Shown one piece after another: positions 53,307 to 64,000 of a DNA stretch of 64,000 nucleotides (position 1 is its first letter; each line of letters starts with the position of its first letter). The position numbers and the translations under genes are program-made. This DNA comes from an uncultured Solirubrobacteraceae bacterium (GTDB lineage Bacteria > Actinomycetota > Thermoleophilia > Solirubrobacterales > Solirubrobacteraceae): NCBI GenBank assembly GCA_963782325.1, contig CAWAJG010000003.1, forward strand, positions 343,737 to 407,736, given 5' to 3'. The notes beneath the pieces are model-generated. The model saw only the letters and a program-made list of their open reading frames with translations. It had not been told where the DNA came from and did not search any database.

Positions 53307-55385
53307 ATGGCGCTACTGATCGCATCGGACCTGCAGAAGGACATCGCCGGGCAGCCGCTGCTGCAGGGCGTGTCGTTCAAGCTCGAGCGCCGCGAACGCC
53401 TGACCTTGGCGGGACGCAACGGAGCGGGCAAGACGACGCTGCTGCGGATGCTCGCGGGCGAGACGTCGATCGACGGCGGCGAGCTGAGCATCGCCAAGGG
53501 GGTGCGGATCGCGCTGCACGACCAGCGCCCGCCACGAGAGCACGGGATGGCGTTGCGCGAGTACCTGCTGTCAGGCTGCGCCGAGGAGCTCGCGATCGAG
53601 ACGCAGCTGGCGCAGCTCGAGGCGAAGATGGCGGACGGCGCCAGCGACGAGCACACGCTCTCGCGCTACGCGAAGGCGCAGGCGCGCCTGGAGGCGCGCG
53701 GCGGCTACCTGTGGCGCAACCGCGCGAGCGCGATGGCGCACGGCCTCGGCTTCCGCGACGCCGACCTCGATCGCGCCCTGGACACGTTCTCCGGCGGCGA
53801 GCTCACGCGCGCGTCGCTCGCGCGCGCGCTGGCGACGGGCGCGGACGTGCTGCTGCTGGACGAGCCCACCAACCACCTGGACATCGAGTCGCTGGAGTGG
53901 CTGGAGCAGTCGCTCGTGGACCTGGATGCTGCGGTGGTGCTGGTGGCGCACGACCGCTGGTTCCTGGAGGCGGTGGGGACGGCGGTGCTGGAGATGTACG
54001 GCAACCCGCCCGCGCTGCCCACGCGCGCGCGCTTCTTCGCGGGCACCTGGCACCAGTGGCGCCGTGAGCAGGCCGCGCGGGATATCGCGCTGGGCAAGGC
54101 GATCGACAAGCAGCAGGCGGAGATCGCGCGGATGGAGCGCTTCATCGAGCGCTTCCGCTACAAGGCCAGCAAGGCCCGCCAGGCGCAGTCGCGCGTGAAG
54201 AAGCTGGCGAAGATGGAGCGCATCGAGCATGACCCCGCCGAGGGGAAGGCCCTGGAGTTCAGGTTCGCCAAGCCGGAGCGCTCGGGGCGCGTGATCTTCG
54301 AGCTGACCGACGGGCGCGTCGAGGTCGGAGGAGGGGACGGAGACGGTGGGCATCCGCTCGTCCTGCTCGACCACGCGGAGCTGTGGTTGGAACGCGGCGA
54401 GCACGTCTCGCTGGTGGGCCCCAACGGCACCGGCAAGACCACGCTCATAGAGACGCTCGCCGGTCGCCGGCCGCTGCCCGCGGGCAAGCTGAGCACCGGC
54501 CACAACGTGAAGGTCGGCTACCTCTCCCAGCACGCCGAGGAGCTCGGTGCAGTCGGCGGGTCGGGCGCGGTGGTGGGCGGCAATCCCAACCCGACGGTGC
54601 TGGAGGCGACGCAGCACGCGACCAGGCTCACGCCCGGGAAGGCGCGGGCGCTGCTCGGGCGCTTCCTGTTCTCGGGCGAGGACGCGGAGAAACCGCTGGC
54701 CGGCCTGTCCGGCGGCGAGCGCCGGCGCCTGTCTCTGGCGATCATCGTGCAGTCCGGCGCCAACGTGCTGATCCTCGACGAGCCCACCAACCACCTGGAC
54801 ATCGACAGCCGCGAGGCGCTCGAGGACGCGCTGCGCGCGTTCGCAGGAGCGATCCTGCTCGTGTCCCACGACCGTGCGCTGCTGGACGCGGTGGGCGCGC
54901 GCACGATCGCCGTCGAGGAGCGCTCGCTGCACAGCTACCTCGGCGGCTGGCCGGAGTACGCGCGCATCCGCGACGAGCGCCGCGCCGGCGGCGCCCCGTC
55001 GCCGGCTGGGTCCACCGTCAACGGCGCCGGCGCGCACGAGCGCGCGGGCGACACGGGGGCCGGCGTTGGGGCCGCCGGCGCGCGCGGGACCGCCGGCACG
55101 CGTGGGGCCGCCGGCGCACACAAGGCGCCTGCATCGACGTCGGCGAAGAAGGCGAAGCCGAAGCTGAAGGCGAAGGGACCGTCGAAGAACCGGCTGAGCG
55201 CCCAGCAGCAGGCCGAGCTCGCGATCGAAGCGGCGGAGGCGGCGCTGCGCACGCTGGAAGCGGAGCTGACCGACCCCGCGGCGTGGGCGACGCGCTACGA
55301 GTCGGCCAAGTCCGAAGCCCGCCACACGGCCGCCACACGCGCGGTCGAGGCCGCGTACGCGCGGCTGGAGGCGCTGGTGGACTGA
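53307..55385 (+). CDS. ABC-F family ATPase
   Basis: Two NBDs (GRNGAGKT and GPNGTGKT; DEPTNHLD twice) with linker RFRYKASKARQAQSR; no TM segments. Confidence 0.95.
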   Translation: MALLIASDLQKDIAGQPLLQGVSFKLERRERLTLAGRNGAGKTTLLRMLAGETSIDGGELSIAKGVRIALHDQRPPREHGMALREYLLSGCAEELAIETQLAQLEAKMADGASDEHTLSRYAKAQARLEARGGYLWRNRASAMAHGLGFRDADLDRALDTFSGGELTRASLARALATGADVLLLDEPTNHLDIESLEWLEQSLVDLDAAVVLVAHDRWFLEAVGTAVLEMYGNPPALPTRARFFAGTWHQWRREQAARDIALGKAIDKQQAEIARMERFIERFRYKASKARQAQSRVKKLAKMERIEHDPAEGKALEFRFAKPERSGRVIFELTDGRVEVGGGDGDGGHPLVLLDHAELWLERGEHVSLVGPNGTGKTTLIETLAGRRPLPAGKLSTGHNVKVGYLSQHAEELGAVGGSGAVVGGNPNPTVLEATQHATRLTPGKARALLGRFLFSGEDAEKPLAGLSGGERRRLSLAIIVQSGANVLILDEPTNHLDIDSREALEDALRAFAGAILLVSHDRALLDAVGARTIAVEERSLHSYLGGWPEYARIRDERRAGGAPSPAGSTVNGAGAHERAGDTGAGVGAAGARGTAGTRGAAGAHKAPASTSAKKAKPKLKAKGPSKNRLSAQQQAELAIEAAEAALRTLEAELTDPAAWATRYESAKSEARHTAATRAVEAAYARLEALVD
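55068..55121 (+). repeat. Three-copy 18-bp in-frame tandem repeat in the ABC-F tail
   Basis: GGGGCCGCCGGCGCGCGC / GGGACCGCCGGCACGCGT / GGGGCCGCCGGCGCACAC. Confidence 0.7.
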
Positions 55386-55462
55386 ATCCTTCATTCAGAC
55401 GGTGCACACGCGCGCGGTCTTGCCTCTGGTGTCGTAATGGCGTCTGCGCGCGGCGAAGGCGT

Positions 55463-55528
55463 CTACACCCGGTCGCCGCCGCGATCGAGAGCGCTCAGTG
55501 CGCCGGCGTCGAAGACGAGGGCAACCGC
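55463..55528 (-). pseudogene. Truncated PIN toxin
   Basis: AVALVFDAGALSALDRGGDRV-stop overlapping the antitoxin end; start codon lost. Confidence 0.6.
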
Positions 55529-55728
55529 TCGCGGGCCTCGCTGAGCTCACGCTCGGTGTAGGCAGCCCCCGTCGTGTCGGCGACCTCGTCCGCGACCGCG
55601 CGAAGTGCATCGGTACGCAGACGGGTCGCTGCTGCGTCGGCGAGCCACCCCGACACGCCATCCGACCCAGCAGCGTCAAGTACACGCTGGTAGAGGTCAT
55701 CGTGGAGATTCACGCTGATCGTAGCCAT
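55495..55728 (-). CDS. RHH-type antitoxin
   Basis: MATISVNLHDDL...VSGWLADAA...TERELSEAR; TACCGT-N6-ATG start. Confidence 0.75.
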   Translation of the reverse strand: MATISVNLHDDLYQRVLDAAGSDGVSGWLADAAATRLRTDALRAVADEVADTTGAAYTERELSEARERLPSSSTPAH

Positions 55729-55781
55729 GGACGAACGGTAGCGCCACCGATCCCACCTGCCCACGGAGCTACCCTGTGCCC

Positions 55782-56189
55782 ATGTCCGACACCCTCAAGA
55801 ACACGCGCAACGTCGCGATCATCCTGGCGATCGCCGCGGCCGTGTACTTCATCCCTGGAGGGGGCCGCGCAGCGGGCACATTCGAAGCGGCCCTGTGGAC
55901 GGTGTTCGCGCTGGGCATTGGCTATGTGGGCCTGCGCATGTACCGCGAACACCACGTCGCGCTGTTCAGCCTCGGTGACCGTCATCGAGGGCTGCTGTAT
56001 GGGTCGGTCGCCCTGGCGGTGTTCTTGTGGGTGGTGCGCTCGCGCATGTGGTACGCCCTGCAGGTGCGGGGAGCGGAAATCGCGCAGGTGCACCGGTGGG
56101 ACGGCTTCGGCGAGATCTTGTGGTTCGTGATGGTGGGCCTCGTCGTGTACTCGTTGCTGGCGGTCTATCGCCACGCGCGTAGCTACTGA
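55782..56189 (+). CDS. Membrane protein (about 4 TM)
   Basis: Hydrophobic helices; TACCCT-N6-ATG start. Confidence 0.75.
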   Translation: MSDTLKNTRNVAIILAIAAAVYFIPGGGRAAGTFEAALWTVFALGIGYVGLRMYREHHVALFSLGDRHRGLLYGSVALAVFLWVVRSRMWYALQVRGAEIAQVHRWDGFGEILWFVMVGLVVYSLLAVYRHARSY

Positions 56190-56335
56190 GCGCCATCGTT
56201 ATATGGACGGCCTACCTGACGTCGGCGAGCCTCATGCAGTGCTGTAGACGTGTCGATAGGAGCCTAGAAACATACGTTGACGATCTGCGCGCTAGGTTGA
56301 TACATTGGGCCTGTCGCGTAGATGCGATAAGTATT

Positions 56336-56415
56336 GCGGCCGGTAGGACTGCGTTGCGGTTCCGCCTCCCGACACCAGGACTGCGTTGCGGTGCTTGGTT
56401 GCGGGATCCGGTCGC
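56336..56415 (+). ncRNA. Candidate DUF3800-associated structured RNA
   Basis: Closing stem GCGGCCGG/CCGGTCGC with two arms, both capped by ACTGC-GTT-GCGGT. 16-nt direct repeat AGGACTGCGTTGCGGT at 56345 and 56377. Confidence 0.65.
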
Positions 56416-56425
56416 GCCTTTATAG

Positions 56426-57208
56426 ATGTACTTGCTCTATCTAGACGAGTCAGGGAACCATGGCGGGAGTCCCGCCTACATTCTGGGCGGCATAGCGGTC
56501 CACGAGCACGACATCTACCATCTTCAGCAGCGCCTTGACACGATGCTTGGTGCCAAGTTGCCAGCAGGCTACGCGGGCATCGACTTCGAGCTGCATGGCG
56601 CCGAGATCAAGTCGCCGTCCAGTCGAAAGCAGCGAAGTCCATGGGAGCAATTCGACTATGGCTTTCGGCTGGATGTCTTGCGCGGCGCATACAGCTCGAT
56701 CGGCGGGTACACGTGCATCGACCCCACGTACCCGTGCGTTCTCTTCGGGGCGGTGGTCGATCGGCACTATTCGGATCATAGGCAGCGAGCGTACGAGGAG
56801 ATTCTGCATCGGTTCGATGAGATGTTGGGACGCGGCGGAGAGCACCGACGTGGAATCGTTGTCCATGACGAGAGCAACGTTGAGAGGAGCGTGCAAGCAT
56901 GGACTCAGCGCTGGCGCGAGGTTGCTGGGCGCATCCCTGGCACCCTAGGCCACATCGTCGACGTGCCGCTCTTTGCTGACTCCAAGGCGAGCCGCATGAT
57001 CCAGGCAGCCGATCTCGTGACGTTTGCTCTGTGGCGCTACTACGGCCTCCAGCGGGCCGATGCGACCTGGATTGACTATCTGTGGGACAGCTTCGATGCC
57101 GTTGATAGTCACATGCACGGGTTGGTCCACATCAACCCGTCCTTCCGCACCGGGCGATGTGGATGCCCGCCTTGCCAAGCGCGTATCGCTCCCGCAAACT
57201 CAGACTGA
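56426..57208 (+). CDS. DUF3800 domain protein
   Basis: N-terminal YLDESG, ELHG, VVHDE and C-terminal DSKASRMIQAADLV; more AT-rich codons than the flanking genes. Confidence 0.88.
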   Translation: MYLLYLDESGNHGGSPAYILGGIAVHEHDIYHLQQRLDTMLGAKLPAGYAGIDFELHGAEIKSPSSRKQRSPWEQFDYGFRLDVLRGAYSSIGGYTCIDPTYPCVLFGAVVDRHYSDHRQRAYEEILHRFDEMLGRGGEHRRGIVVHDESNVERSVQAWTQRWREVAGRIPGTLGHIVDVPLFADSKASRMIQAADLVTFALWRYYGLQRADATWIDYLWDSFDAVDSHMHGLVHINPSFRTGRCGCPPCQARIAPANSD

Positions 57209-57309
57209 CCCACTACCGGTGGAGCGAACATGGCCGCCGAGGGGCACGCGCTCGCCCCTCGTGTCCCCGCGCGCGACGGCGACCCGGTGGCCGCCTATCC
57301 TCGGAAGCG

Positions 57310-59241
57310 ATGGCCACGACAGAGGAGCTGACCGAGACCGAGGACTATGCAGGCGCGGGCGAGGACGAACGCGCGAGCCTCGCTGAGCAGCGCCGCGCGC
57401 TGCCGGACCAGCCGGGCGTGTACCTGTTCCGCGACTCCCGCGGGCGGGTGATCTACGTGGGCAAGGCGAAGTCGGTGCGCAAGCGGGTGGCCTCCCACTT
57501 CGCGAAGGCGCAGGTGCCGTCGAGCCCCGGCCACGCGGAGATGGTGGCGGCGGTGGAGCACATCGAGTGCGTGGTCGTCGCCTCGGAGGCGGAGGCGCTG
57601 CTGGCGGAGCAGAGCTTCATCAAGCAGTACCGCCCGCGCTTCAACATCCGCCTGCGCGACGACAAGTCCTATCCGTTCATCGCGATCTCCCTCGACGAGG
57701 ACTTCCCGCGCGTGTACTTCACGCGCGAGCGCCACCGCTCCAACCGCGCGTACTTCGGGCCGTACTCCAACGCGAAACGCGTGCGCTCGACGTTGGAGGT
57801 GCTGGCGAAGGTGTTCATGTTCCGCTCGTGCACCGGCCCGGAGCCTGGCCGGCGCAGCGGCAGCCCGTGTCTCGACTACTACATCAAGCGCTGCGGCGCC
57901 CCCTGCGTGGGGTACGTGTCGAAGGACGACTACCGCGCGAGCATCGACCGGGTGATCGACTTCCTCAACGGGCGCTTCGCGGCGATCGAGAAGGATCTCG
58001 AAGCGCGGATGCTCGCGGCCGCCGCGGCGGAGGAGTTCGAGCAGGCGACGCTCGAGCGCAACCGGCTGCAGGCGGTGCGCTCGCTGCTCGAGCGCAGGCG
58101 GGTGACCGCCGAGGCGGTGGGTACGTTCGACGCGGTCGCCGTCGCCGTCGACGGGCGTGACGCGAACGCGCAGGTGTTCCAGGTGCGCGACGGCGTGCTC
58201 TCGGACCGCCAGTCCTTCTATCTCGCCAACGAGGCCGAGCGCGACGTCGGCGAGGTGGGAGAGGAGTTCATGCTGCAGTACTACGGCGGCTACACCTCGA
58301 TCCCGGCTCTGCTGGTGGTCCAGCGAGCGCTCGCCCAGCCACCTCGCCCGGCGCTGGCGGACGCGCTGTCCCGCCGTCGCGGCGGCCCGGTGGAGCTGCG
58401 GGCGGCCGAGCGCGGCGAGAAGCGGCGGATCCTCGAGCTCGCCGAGCGCAACGCCCTGCTGGCGCTCGACCAGGAGCGGCTGCGCTCCGAGCGCCGCCGC
58501 CAGAGCAGGGCGGAGGCGCTGGAGGGGCTGGCGCAGGCGCTCGGGCTGGACGTCCCGCCGATCCGCATCGAGTGCTTCGACATCTCCAACCTCGGCGGCA
58601 CCCACACGGTGGCCTCGATGGTGGTGTTCGAGGGGGGAGCGCCGAAGAAGTCCGACTACCGCCGCTTCAAGATCCGCTCGCTGGCGGAGGGGGAGTCCGA
58701 CGACTTCGCCGCGATGGCGGAGGTGCTGGGCCGGCGCTTCGCCCAGTGGGAGCGCCAGGCGGACATCTCCCCGCACGACAGCGCCTACGACCGCAGCTTC
58801 GCGGCGCTGCCGAACCTGGTGGTGATCGACGGCGGCAAGGGCCAGCTAGCCGCCGGCCTGGAGCCGCTTCAGGGCTTTCGCGAGCGCGGCGTGGCGGTCG
58901 TGTCGCTGGCGAAGCGCATCGAGGAGATCTTCCTGCCGGGGCGGCCGGCGCCGCTCGTGCTCGACCACTCCACGCCCGAGCTGCAGCTGCTGCAGCGAGT
59001 CAGAGACGAGGCCCACCGCTTCGCGATCACCCATCACCGCAGCCGCCGCGACAAGGCGATGAAGAGCTCGCTGCTGGACGAGCTGCCCGGCGTGGGACCG
59101 GCGCGCAAGCGCGCGCTGCTCACCCATTTCGGCTCGCCGGAGGCTGTGGTGGCGGCCACCGGCGAGGAACTGCAGACCGTCCCCGGCCTGCCCGCGAAGG
59201 TGGGCCGCGAGTTGTACGCCTACCTCCACCGCGCAGGCTGA
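57310..59241 (+). CDS. uvrC: Excinuclease ABC subunit C
   Basis: PGVYLF..IYVGKAK (GIY-YIG), LRDDKSYP, IECFDISN, IDGGKGQL, RDEAHRFA and HhH. Confidence 0.97.
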   Translation: MATTEELTETEDYAGAGEDERASLAEQRRALPDQPGVYLFRDSRGRVIYVGKAKSVRKRVASHFAKAQVPSSPGHAEMVAAVEHIECVVVASEAEALLAEQSFIKQYRPRFNIRLRDDKSYPFIAISLDEDFPRVYFTRERHRSNRAYFGPYSNAKRVRSTLEVLAKVFMFRSCTGPEPGRRSGSPCLDYYIKRCGAPCVGYVSKDDYRASIDRVIDFLNGRFAAIEKDLEARMLAAAAAEEFEQATLERNRLQAVRSLLERRRVTAEAVGTFDAVAVAVDGRDANAQVFQVRDGVLSDRQSFYLANEAERDVGEVGEEFMLQYYGGYTSIPALLVVQRALAQPPRPALADALSRRRGGPVELRAAERGEKRRILELAERNALLALDQERLRSERRRQSRAEALEGLAQALGLDVPPIRIECFDISNLGGTHTVASMVVFEGGAPKKSDYRRFKIRSLAEGESDDFAAMAEVLGRRFAQWERQADISPHDSAYDRSFAALPNLVVIDGGKGQLAAGLEPLQGFRERGVAVVSLAKRIEEIFLPGRPAPLVLDHSTPELQLLQRVRDEAHRFAITHHRSRRDKAMKSSLLDELPGVGPARKRALLTHFGSPEAVVAATGEELQTVPGLPAKVGRELYAYLHRAG

Positions 59242-59326
59242 GCCGTGGCGCTTTGGATGGTCCCGCTCGGGCGCGCCGCCTGGACGGGTTCCGCGCGTAT
59301 CCGCCACTCGCGGCACAATGCAGGCG

Positions 59327-60278
59327 ATGGCGGTGATCAGGCCCCTGCATCTGCCGCGCGCGGGCGCCCGCAAAGGCGGCGGGCAGGCGGTTGAGTCGCG
59401 CCTGGAGGACTTCGTGGTGATCACCGGCTTCTCCGGCGCGGGGAAGTCGACGGCGATGAACGTGTTCGAGGACGCGGGCTACTTCTGCGTGGACAACCTC
59501 CCGCCGGAGATGATCCGCTCGCTGGTGGAGCTGTTCGTGCACCAGGGCTCGAAGGTCGAGCGCGCGGCGGTCGTCTCGGACGTGCGCGGGGGCGTGTACT
59601 TCGAGGCGCTGCGGGCGGTCGTCGACGATCTCGACGTGCTCGGGATCCACCATCGCCTGCTGTTCCTGGACGCCGGCGAGCAGACGCTGGTGACGCGCTA
59701 CAAGGAGACGCGCCGCCGCCATCCGCTGGCGCCGGACGGCAGCGTCGCGGCGGGCGTGGCGGCCGAGCGCGCGCTGCTCGAGCCGCTGCGCGGGCGCGCC
59801 GACCTGGTGATCGACACGACGGGGATGTCAGCGGCGATGCTGCGCGGCGAAGATCGCCGAGGAGCTCCTGCCGCGCAAGGCCGCGATGCGCCTGGCGGTG
59901 ACGTTCATGAGCTTCGGCTTCAAGCACGGCCCGCCCCGCGAGGAGGACCTGGCGTTCGACGTGCGCTTCCTCGCCAACCCACACTACGAGCCCGAGCTGC
60001 GAGACCTCACCGGCCTCGACGACGCGGTGATCGAGTACATCGCCCGCGACGGGCGCCTGCGGGAGCTGTACGACCGCCTGCAGGCGCTGCTCGACTTCCT
60101 GCTCCCGCAGTACGTCGCCGAGGGCAAGGCCCACCTGGTGATCGCGATCGGCTGCACCGGCGGGCGTCACCGCTCGGTGGCGATCGCCGAGCACCTGGCG
60201 GCGCGCTACAGCGACCACGACGACCTCGACGTGGCGGTCGCGCACAGGGACATCGAGCGCCCGCCGGACGGTTCGTGA
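59327..60278 (+). CDS. rapZ: RNase adapter RapZ/YvcJ (frameshift near 59845)
   Basis: ITGFSGAGKS, CVDNLP, SFGFKHG, DVRFLANP and IGCTGGRHRSV. Confidence 0.93.
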
Positions 60279-61418
<1,140 letters not shown>

Positions 61419-61471
61419 GCGGCGAGCGGCGGGTATCGTGAAGGATCGCGAGAGACCGAAAGGACGGGTCG

Positions 61472-62720
61472 ATGAGGAGCATTGACGACCTCGACGTGCA
61501 CGGCAGGCGGGTGCTCGTGCGGGTCGACTTCAACGTGCCGCTGGGCACCGACGCGCACGGCGCGCCGACCGTCGCCGACGATACGCGCATCGCGTATGTC
61601 GCTGCCGACGATCGAAGAGCTGCGCGAGCGCGGCGCGAGCCTCGTGCTCGTCTCCCATCTCGGCAGGCCGGAGGGCCATCCCCAGCCGGAGCTGTCGATG
61701 GCGCCGGTGGCCGAGCGCCTGCGCGAGCTTATAGATGGCCCGCCCACCCGCGCGCCGGTGACGCTCGCTCCGGCGGTGGTGGGCGAGGAGGTGAAGGCGC
61801 TCGCCGAGGGGCTCCACGAGGGAGACATCCTGCTGCTCGAGAACGTCCGCTTCGAGCCGGGCGAGACGAGCAACGACCCGGCGTTCGCACGCGCGCTGGC
61901 GGACCTGGCGGATGTGTACGTCGACGACGCCTTCGGCGTCGCACACCGCGCGCACGCGAGCACCGAGGGCGTCACGCACCTGCTGCCGAGCGCCGCCGGC
62001 AGGCTGCTGGAACGGGAGGTGGCCACGCTCACCGGCATCCTCGAGCACCCGACGCCGCCGCTGGTGGCGATCGTGGGCGGCGCGAAGGTGGCGGACAAGA
62101 TCGGGGTGATCGACCGCTTCCTGCAGGTGGCGGACGTGGTGATGATCGGCGGCGCGATGTGCTTCCCGTTCCTGTGCGCGCAGGGACACAAAGTGGGCGA
62201 GTCGCTGTGCGAAGACGACGACACCGTCCACGCCCGCGAGCTGCTGTCGCGGGCCAGCGACACGCATACCCCCCAGCCCGGGAGGGCGCGCCTGCTGGTG
62301 CCCAGCGACCTGGTGATCGGCGATCGGCTGGCCGACGACGCCCACCATCGCGTGCTGAACGGCGTGGAGGTGCCGGCCGGTTGGATGGGCCTGGACATCG
62401 GCCCCGAGACGGCGAGCCGCTACGTCCACGAGATAGAGCGCGCGGGAACCGTCTTCTGGAACGGCCCGATGGGCGCGTTCGAGCTCGAGCCGTTCGCCTC
62501 GGGCACCCGCGCGGTGGCGGAAGCGGTGGCGAAGGCGCCGGGCCTGACGGTCGTCGGCGGCGGCGACTCGGCGGCGGCGCTCGCGCACTTCGGGCTGGAG
62601 CAGCAGGTCGACCACCTGTCGACCGGCGGCGGCGCGACGCTCGAGCTCGTCGAGGGCGCGATCCTGCCGGGCGTGGCGGCGCTGGAAGGCGTGGGCGTGG
62701 CAGGGGGGGTGGGACGCTGA
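61472..62720 (+). CDS. pgk: Phosphoglycerate kinase (frameshift near 61595)
   Basis: RVDFNVP, SHLGRP, LLENVRF, GGAKVADK, WNGPMG and STGGGA. Confidence 0.96.
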
Positions 62721-63481
62721 GCCCCGCTCGCACGCCGCTGATCGCGGGCAACTGGAAGATGTACAAGACGCAGGAGCAGGCCGAGGAGCACATCCAGGCG
62801 CTGCTGCCGCGCGTCTCGGCGATCGACGGCGTCGACGTCGCCATCTGCGTGCCGTTCACCGATCTGCAGGCGATGGTCGACAGCGCGCGCGGGTCGCGCG
62901 TGGAGGTGTACGCCCAGAACATGCACCAGGAGCCCGAGGGCGCGTACACGGGGGAGATCTCCGCGCCGATGCTCCGCGAGCTGGACGTCCGCGGGGTCGT
63001 GCTCGGTCACTCCGAGCGCAGGGCCTACTTCGGGGAGACCGACAGGGCGCTCGCGCTGAAGGTGCCGGCCGCCCTGGAGGCGGGGCTGGTGCCGATCCTG
63101 TGCGTGGGCGAGACGGAGGAGGAGCGCGACAACGACGACACCGACCGCAAGCTGCGCCAGCAGGTGCGCGACGATCTCGCGGGCGTCGCCGGCGAGCGCC
63201 TGGCGGAGGTGGTGATCGCCTACGAGCCGATCTGGGCGATCGGCACCGGACGGGTCGCCACCCCAGAGCAGGCGCAGGAGGCGATCGCGTTCATCCGCGC
63301 GCTGGTCGGCGACCGCGACACACGGGCGGCCGAGCGGCTGCGCGTGCTGTACGGCGGGTCGGTCAAGCCGGAGAACGCCGCCGAGTTGCTGACGCTGCCC
63401 GACGTCGACGGCGCGCTCGTGGGGGGCGCGTCGCTGGAGGCGGAGTCGTTCGCGCAGATCGTCGCCGCGGCGGCCCGATGA
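62717..63481 (+). CDS. tpiA: Triosephosphate isomerase
   Basis: IAGNWKM, LGHSERR, AYEPIWAIGTG, YGGSVK and LVGGASL. Apparent CTG start overlapping the pgk stop. Confidence 0.96.
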   Translation: MSPARTPLIAGNWKMYKTQEQAEEHIQALLPRVSAIDGVDVAICVPFTDLQAMVDSARGSRVEVYAQNMHQEPEGAYTGEISAPMLRELDVRGVVLGHSERRAYFGETDRALALKVPAALEAGLVPILCVGETEEERDNDDTDRKLRQQVRDDLAGVAGERLAEVVIAYEPIWAIGTGRVATPEQAQEAIAFIRALVGDRDTRAAERLRVLYGGSVKPENAAELLTLPDVDGALVGGASLEAESFAQIVAAAAR

Positions 63482-63548
63482 CGGCGCCCGGCGCGAGGAC
63501 CCCAGCGGCGGTCCGGCCGTCCGGAGGCGGCCCGGTCACGCGGACGCG

Positions 63549-64000
63549 ATGAGCCGACTCCCGACCGCGTCAACCGGGTTGCCTGGCCCTCCGACGCTGC
63601 CGGCCCCGTGCGCGTGCCTGGTGGTGCTCGACGGGTGGGGTCTCGCGGAGCCCGGCCCCGGCAACGCGATCTCGCTGGCGCGCACGCCGGTGTTCGACGA
63701 GCTGTGGGCGTCCTACCCGCACACGACCCTGCAGGCGAGCGGCCGCGCGGTGGGCCTGCCGGACGGGCAGATGGGCAACAGCGAGGTCGGCCACCTGAAC
63801 CTCGGCGCGGGCGCGGTCGTGCGCCAGGACCTCGTGCGGATCGACGACGCGATCGGCGCCGGTCCCGGCGGCGGAGAGCTCGCCCAGAACGAGGTCCTGC
63901 GCGCGGCGTTCGCGGACGCCGAGCGGGTGCACCTGCTGGGACTGGTGTCGGACGGGGGAGTGCACTCGTCGCTGCGCCACCTGCTGGCGCTGATCGCGCT
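63549..64000 (+). CDS. gpmI: 2,3-bisphosphoglycerate-independent phosphoglycerate mutase (partial)
   Basis: LVVLDGWG, GQMGNSEVGHLNLGAG and GLVSDGGVHS. Confidence 0.95.
   Translation, partial: MSRLPTASTGLPGPPTLPAPCACLVVLDGWGLAEPGPGNAISLARTPVFDELWASYPHTTLQASGRAVGLPDGQMGNSEVGHLNLGAGAVVRQDLVRIDDAIGAGPGGGELAQNEVLRAAFADAERVHLLGLVSDGGVHSSLRHLLALIA

Noticed and set aside
56345-56392. Direct repeat as a mini CRISPR array
   Set aside because: Only two 16-nt repeats with a 16-nt spacer and no cas genes; better explained as twin RNA hairpins.

Overview
Very GC-rich bacterial chromosomal segment. By inference it is from an actinobacterium of the Thermoleophilia/Solirubrobacterales type: Gram-positive LexA boxes CGAAC-N4-GTTCG, many leaderless-type TANNNT-N6-8-start promoters, and gap-pgk-tpiA-gpmI order. 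Many genes, including gap, pgk and rapZ, carry single-base frameshifts that are most likely uncorrected long-read errors, so several ORFs in the supplied track are fusions or fragments. Contents: lipid/xenobiotic catabolic genes, a large S53 peptidase, an MMPL transporter, a six-gene Mce operon with an embedded lytic transglycosylase/M23-like gene and an Mkl/MlaF ATPase but no YrbE permease, a LexA-boxed imuB/imuB-C/dnaE2 cassette, seven stand-alone toxin-antitoxin loci (several decayed), a DUF3800 gene with a highly structured upstream RNA, and uvrC-rapZ-gap-pgk-tpiA-gpmI. Most notable: (1) DUF3800 gene plus a three-way-junction RNA with two identical hairpins; (2) a ~21-bp palindromic element seen about 10 times, always inside coding sequences, encoding ASSP[EQ]G[ED]; (3) the Mce operon with its own peptidoglycan hydrolase; (4) three back-to-back perfect CATG-centred palindromes; (5) chains of NTGA-overlapping mini-ORFs bridging operon genes. 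All calls come from motif reading by eye; no database searches were run.
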